A DNA stretch of 64,000 bases, taken from assembly GCA_010093995.1 (NCBI GenBank), contig ML992502.1, positions 2,488,728 to 2,552,727 of the forward strand, given 5' to 3'. Below, one piece after another: positions 62,221 through 64,000 of this stretch (the first letter of the stretch is position 1; each line of letters begins with the position of its first letter). The stretch comes from Elsinoe ampelina. Its lineage: Eukaryota. The notes under the pieces were generated by a model. It was not told where the DNA came from. It saw nothing but the letters and a program-made list of their open reading frames with translations, and did no database searches. The position numbers were made by a program, and so were the translations under genes.

Positions 62221-64000
62221 ACTGGACGATCAGGCTGGTCGTGGAAAGGAGAGGATGGGCAGTTGGCGAGGAAAGAACGTGGTCACGGCGCGAGGTCGAG
62301 GTTTGGTCAATTGGCCATGAAAAAAAGTCGAGAGTGACGTTTGGGGATGGCGCGGGGCATTCCGCCGGTGCGTGTCCTCAAGGCCAGGCATGAATGGACA
62401 TTATGTCTGTTATCACTGTGCTGATTCGACGAGCTGTCTTTGACGCGGCATCATGCAGCGTATAGCTTGGAACTTTTGCGATACAACGAGTATGGGATCA
62501 ATCTCAATAGATTTGGGTGAAGGTTTGGCGGAGAAGATCAGTGACAGCGCGAAGTAATGATCCCTCGCAAATGAAGGTATGCCCAACAGGACGATTTGTC
62601 GTACATCCGTATATCTCTTGCCTCTCATCTGCCATCTTCTGAAAGCATATCCGTGCAATGGATCTTGAGGCATCTAGAGATTCGCGATCATCATTGGTAC
62701 GGGATGATTCCATGAATTCGTCTTCAAAACTTTTGATAAAAGGCTCGTGGTGACCCATGAGTCTGTAAATGTCAATGTCACTTACTGACAGTGGAGCGCA
62801 GTCACCTATCTATCGCTCCTAAGGTGGCCTTTGTAGGATGATTGGAATTATCATCTCTTCAGGCCGAGTCTCGCGTTGAAGTCCGACGAGTAGAGTACCT
62901 GGTTCATTCGAGCAGTATGCCATGGCCAATCCTCTACAGCGCTGGCGAGTCTGACCATGGCAATGATGGACGACGTTCCTCATGACTCAGCTTGCTGAAG
63001 TGCATAGGACCGAGCTGGTGGTCAACCGAGGCGTTCAGTGTCGTGTATATCATGATAGCAACGCGCCTGGCAGCTGTCTTCCAGGTCTATCCATCAGGTA
63101 GCTCGCCGTTCGCCATGATATCTTCAGATAGGAAAGTATGGACTGATGATGTTCCTACCGGCTTCACCCTGTAAGGCCCGCTTGCCTACCTTGTACCGAT
63201 GTTCCAACTGGTAACCTTACACCCCCGCCACCTTTCTCCGGACTCATCAGAGGCTACGTGGGGGCGCACAATCGCAGCCCATCATGTCCAGACACGTACA
63301 GGACGCATGAGAGGCCAGATTTCGTCAATAGGGTATGACCCAAGCTCATCCAGCGGAGCTTTCGTCTCCTAGTATCAACGGCGGTGCTCTTGATGCACTT
63401 CCAACGCCTACGGCACGAATGATGCCATCGAGCAGATCCTCCATGAAGCTCCCAGGTCCAGCACCTGGCAGAATTGGTTAGCTCTTGAAAAGGCAAGAAA
63501 GACCGAGGGCGGGCTCGGGCGAGACTAGCGGCGATTGAATCCAGTACCCCACGCCTACCACAAACTTTATCCCGTCATTGTTTATCATGATCTGCTGCCA
63601 TGTAACGCGCTTTTCACCGCCTCTTTCAAGTAGCAATGACCGTTGTGTGTGTATCGATAGTATGTTGGAGCTGAGCAGAAGGGAAGATGGAGTCTGTGGG
63701 TGCAGGAAGCTTGATACCTCAGACTTCACAATACTTGTAGCACAGACACTGCTCCACTGCAAAAATCGCGTAGTGTAGCGTCCGTCCACGTCCCGTAATT
63801 GGCTGCAGAGCTACCTTCAAAATATCTTGCCTCGCCCTTCTATCAGAGGCGCGTCTTGCATGACATGCTGAGAGACTTCAGAGTCTGCTTGTCAAATCCT
63901 GCTTCCCTACCCTCCACAAGTTCGCTCATGCAGTAGCCCAGACCTTGTGCACTAGCGTCTGCGACTTGCAGTAGTGCATCCTCCTTATTTCGCCGCTCCG

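Noticed and set aside
62400..64000. Broken - strand ORFs at the right end
   Set aside because: Multiple stops and no recognisable domain; cannot be distinguished from intergenic DNA.
1..64000. tRNA, rRNA, CRISPR arrays and transposase/retroelement ORFs
   Set aside because: GTTCGA-like hits lack cloverleaf context. I saw no regular repeat-spacer array, no transposase/RT/integrase motifs and no AT-rich RIP blocks by eye.

Overview
Eukaryotic, intron-containing DNA from a filamentous ascomycete (GT..CTRAC..AG introns of about 45-60 nt; gene content typical of Pezizomycotina, possibly a Dothideomycete, but the taxon cannot be fixed from this window). The left half (1-34.7 kb) is mostly conserved genes: Agd3-like CE18 deacetylase, UBA2, OAR1/FabG-like SDR, an atypical Hsp70 facing a coiled-coil gene, elongin C, an F-box-like protein, an AtuA-like protein, SmF, a PTH11-like GPCR, an MFS transporter, a VCX1-like Ca2+/H+ exchanger, ProRS and CCT1. 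From 34.8 to 52 kb lies an accessory island. It begins with a truncated aldo-keto reductase remnant and holds seven same-strand, highly diverged genes. All seven start Met-Cys and share an N-terminal Cys/His spacing pattern (putative metal-binding module) followed by unrelated, mostly low-complexity tails. An intronless secreted GH127/GH146 gene sits inside the array, and a TGGTAG-N16-18-CTACCA dyad recurs in its intergenic DNA. The right end has a Cys-rich single-TM protein, a GMC oxidoreductase-mucin-like fusion broken by exactly three in-frame TAG codons with no frameshift that I could find (decay vs UAG-to-UGG editing), ALG3 with a 425-nt intron, and EIF1AD. All gene models and family assignments were made by eye from motifs; no database searches were run.
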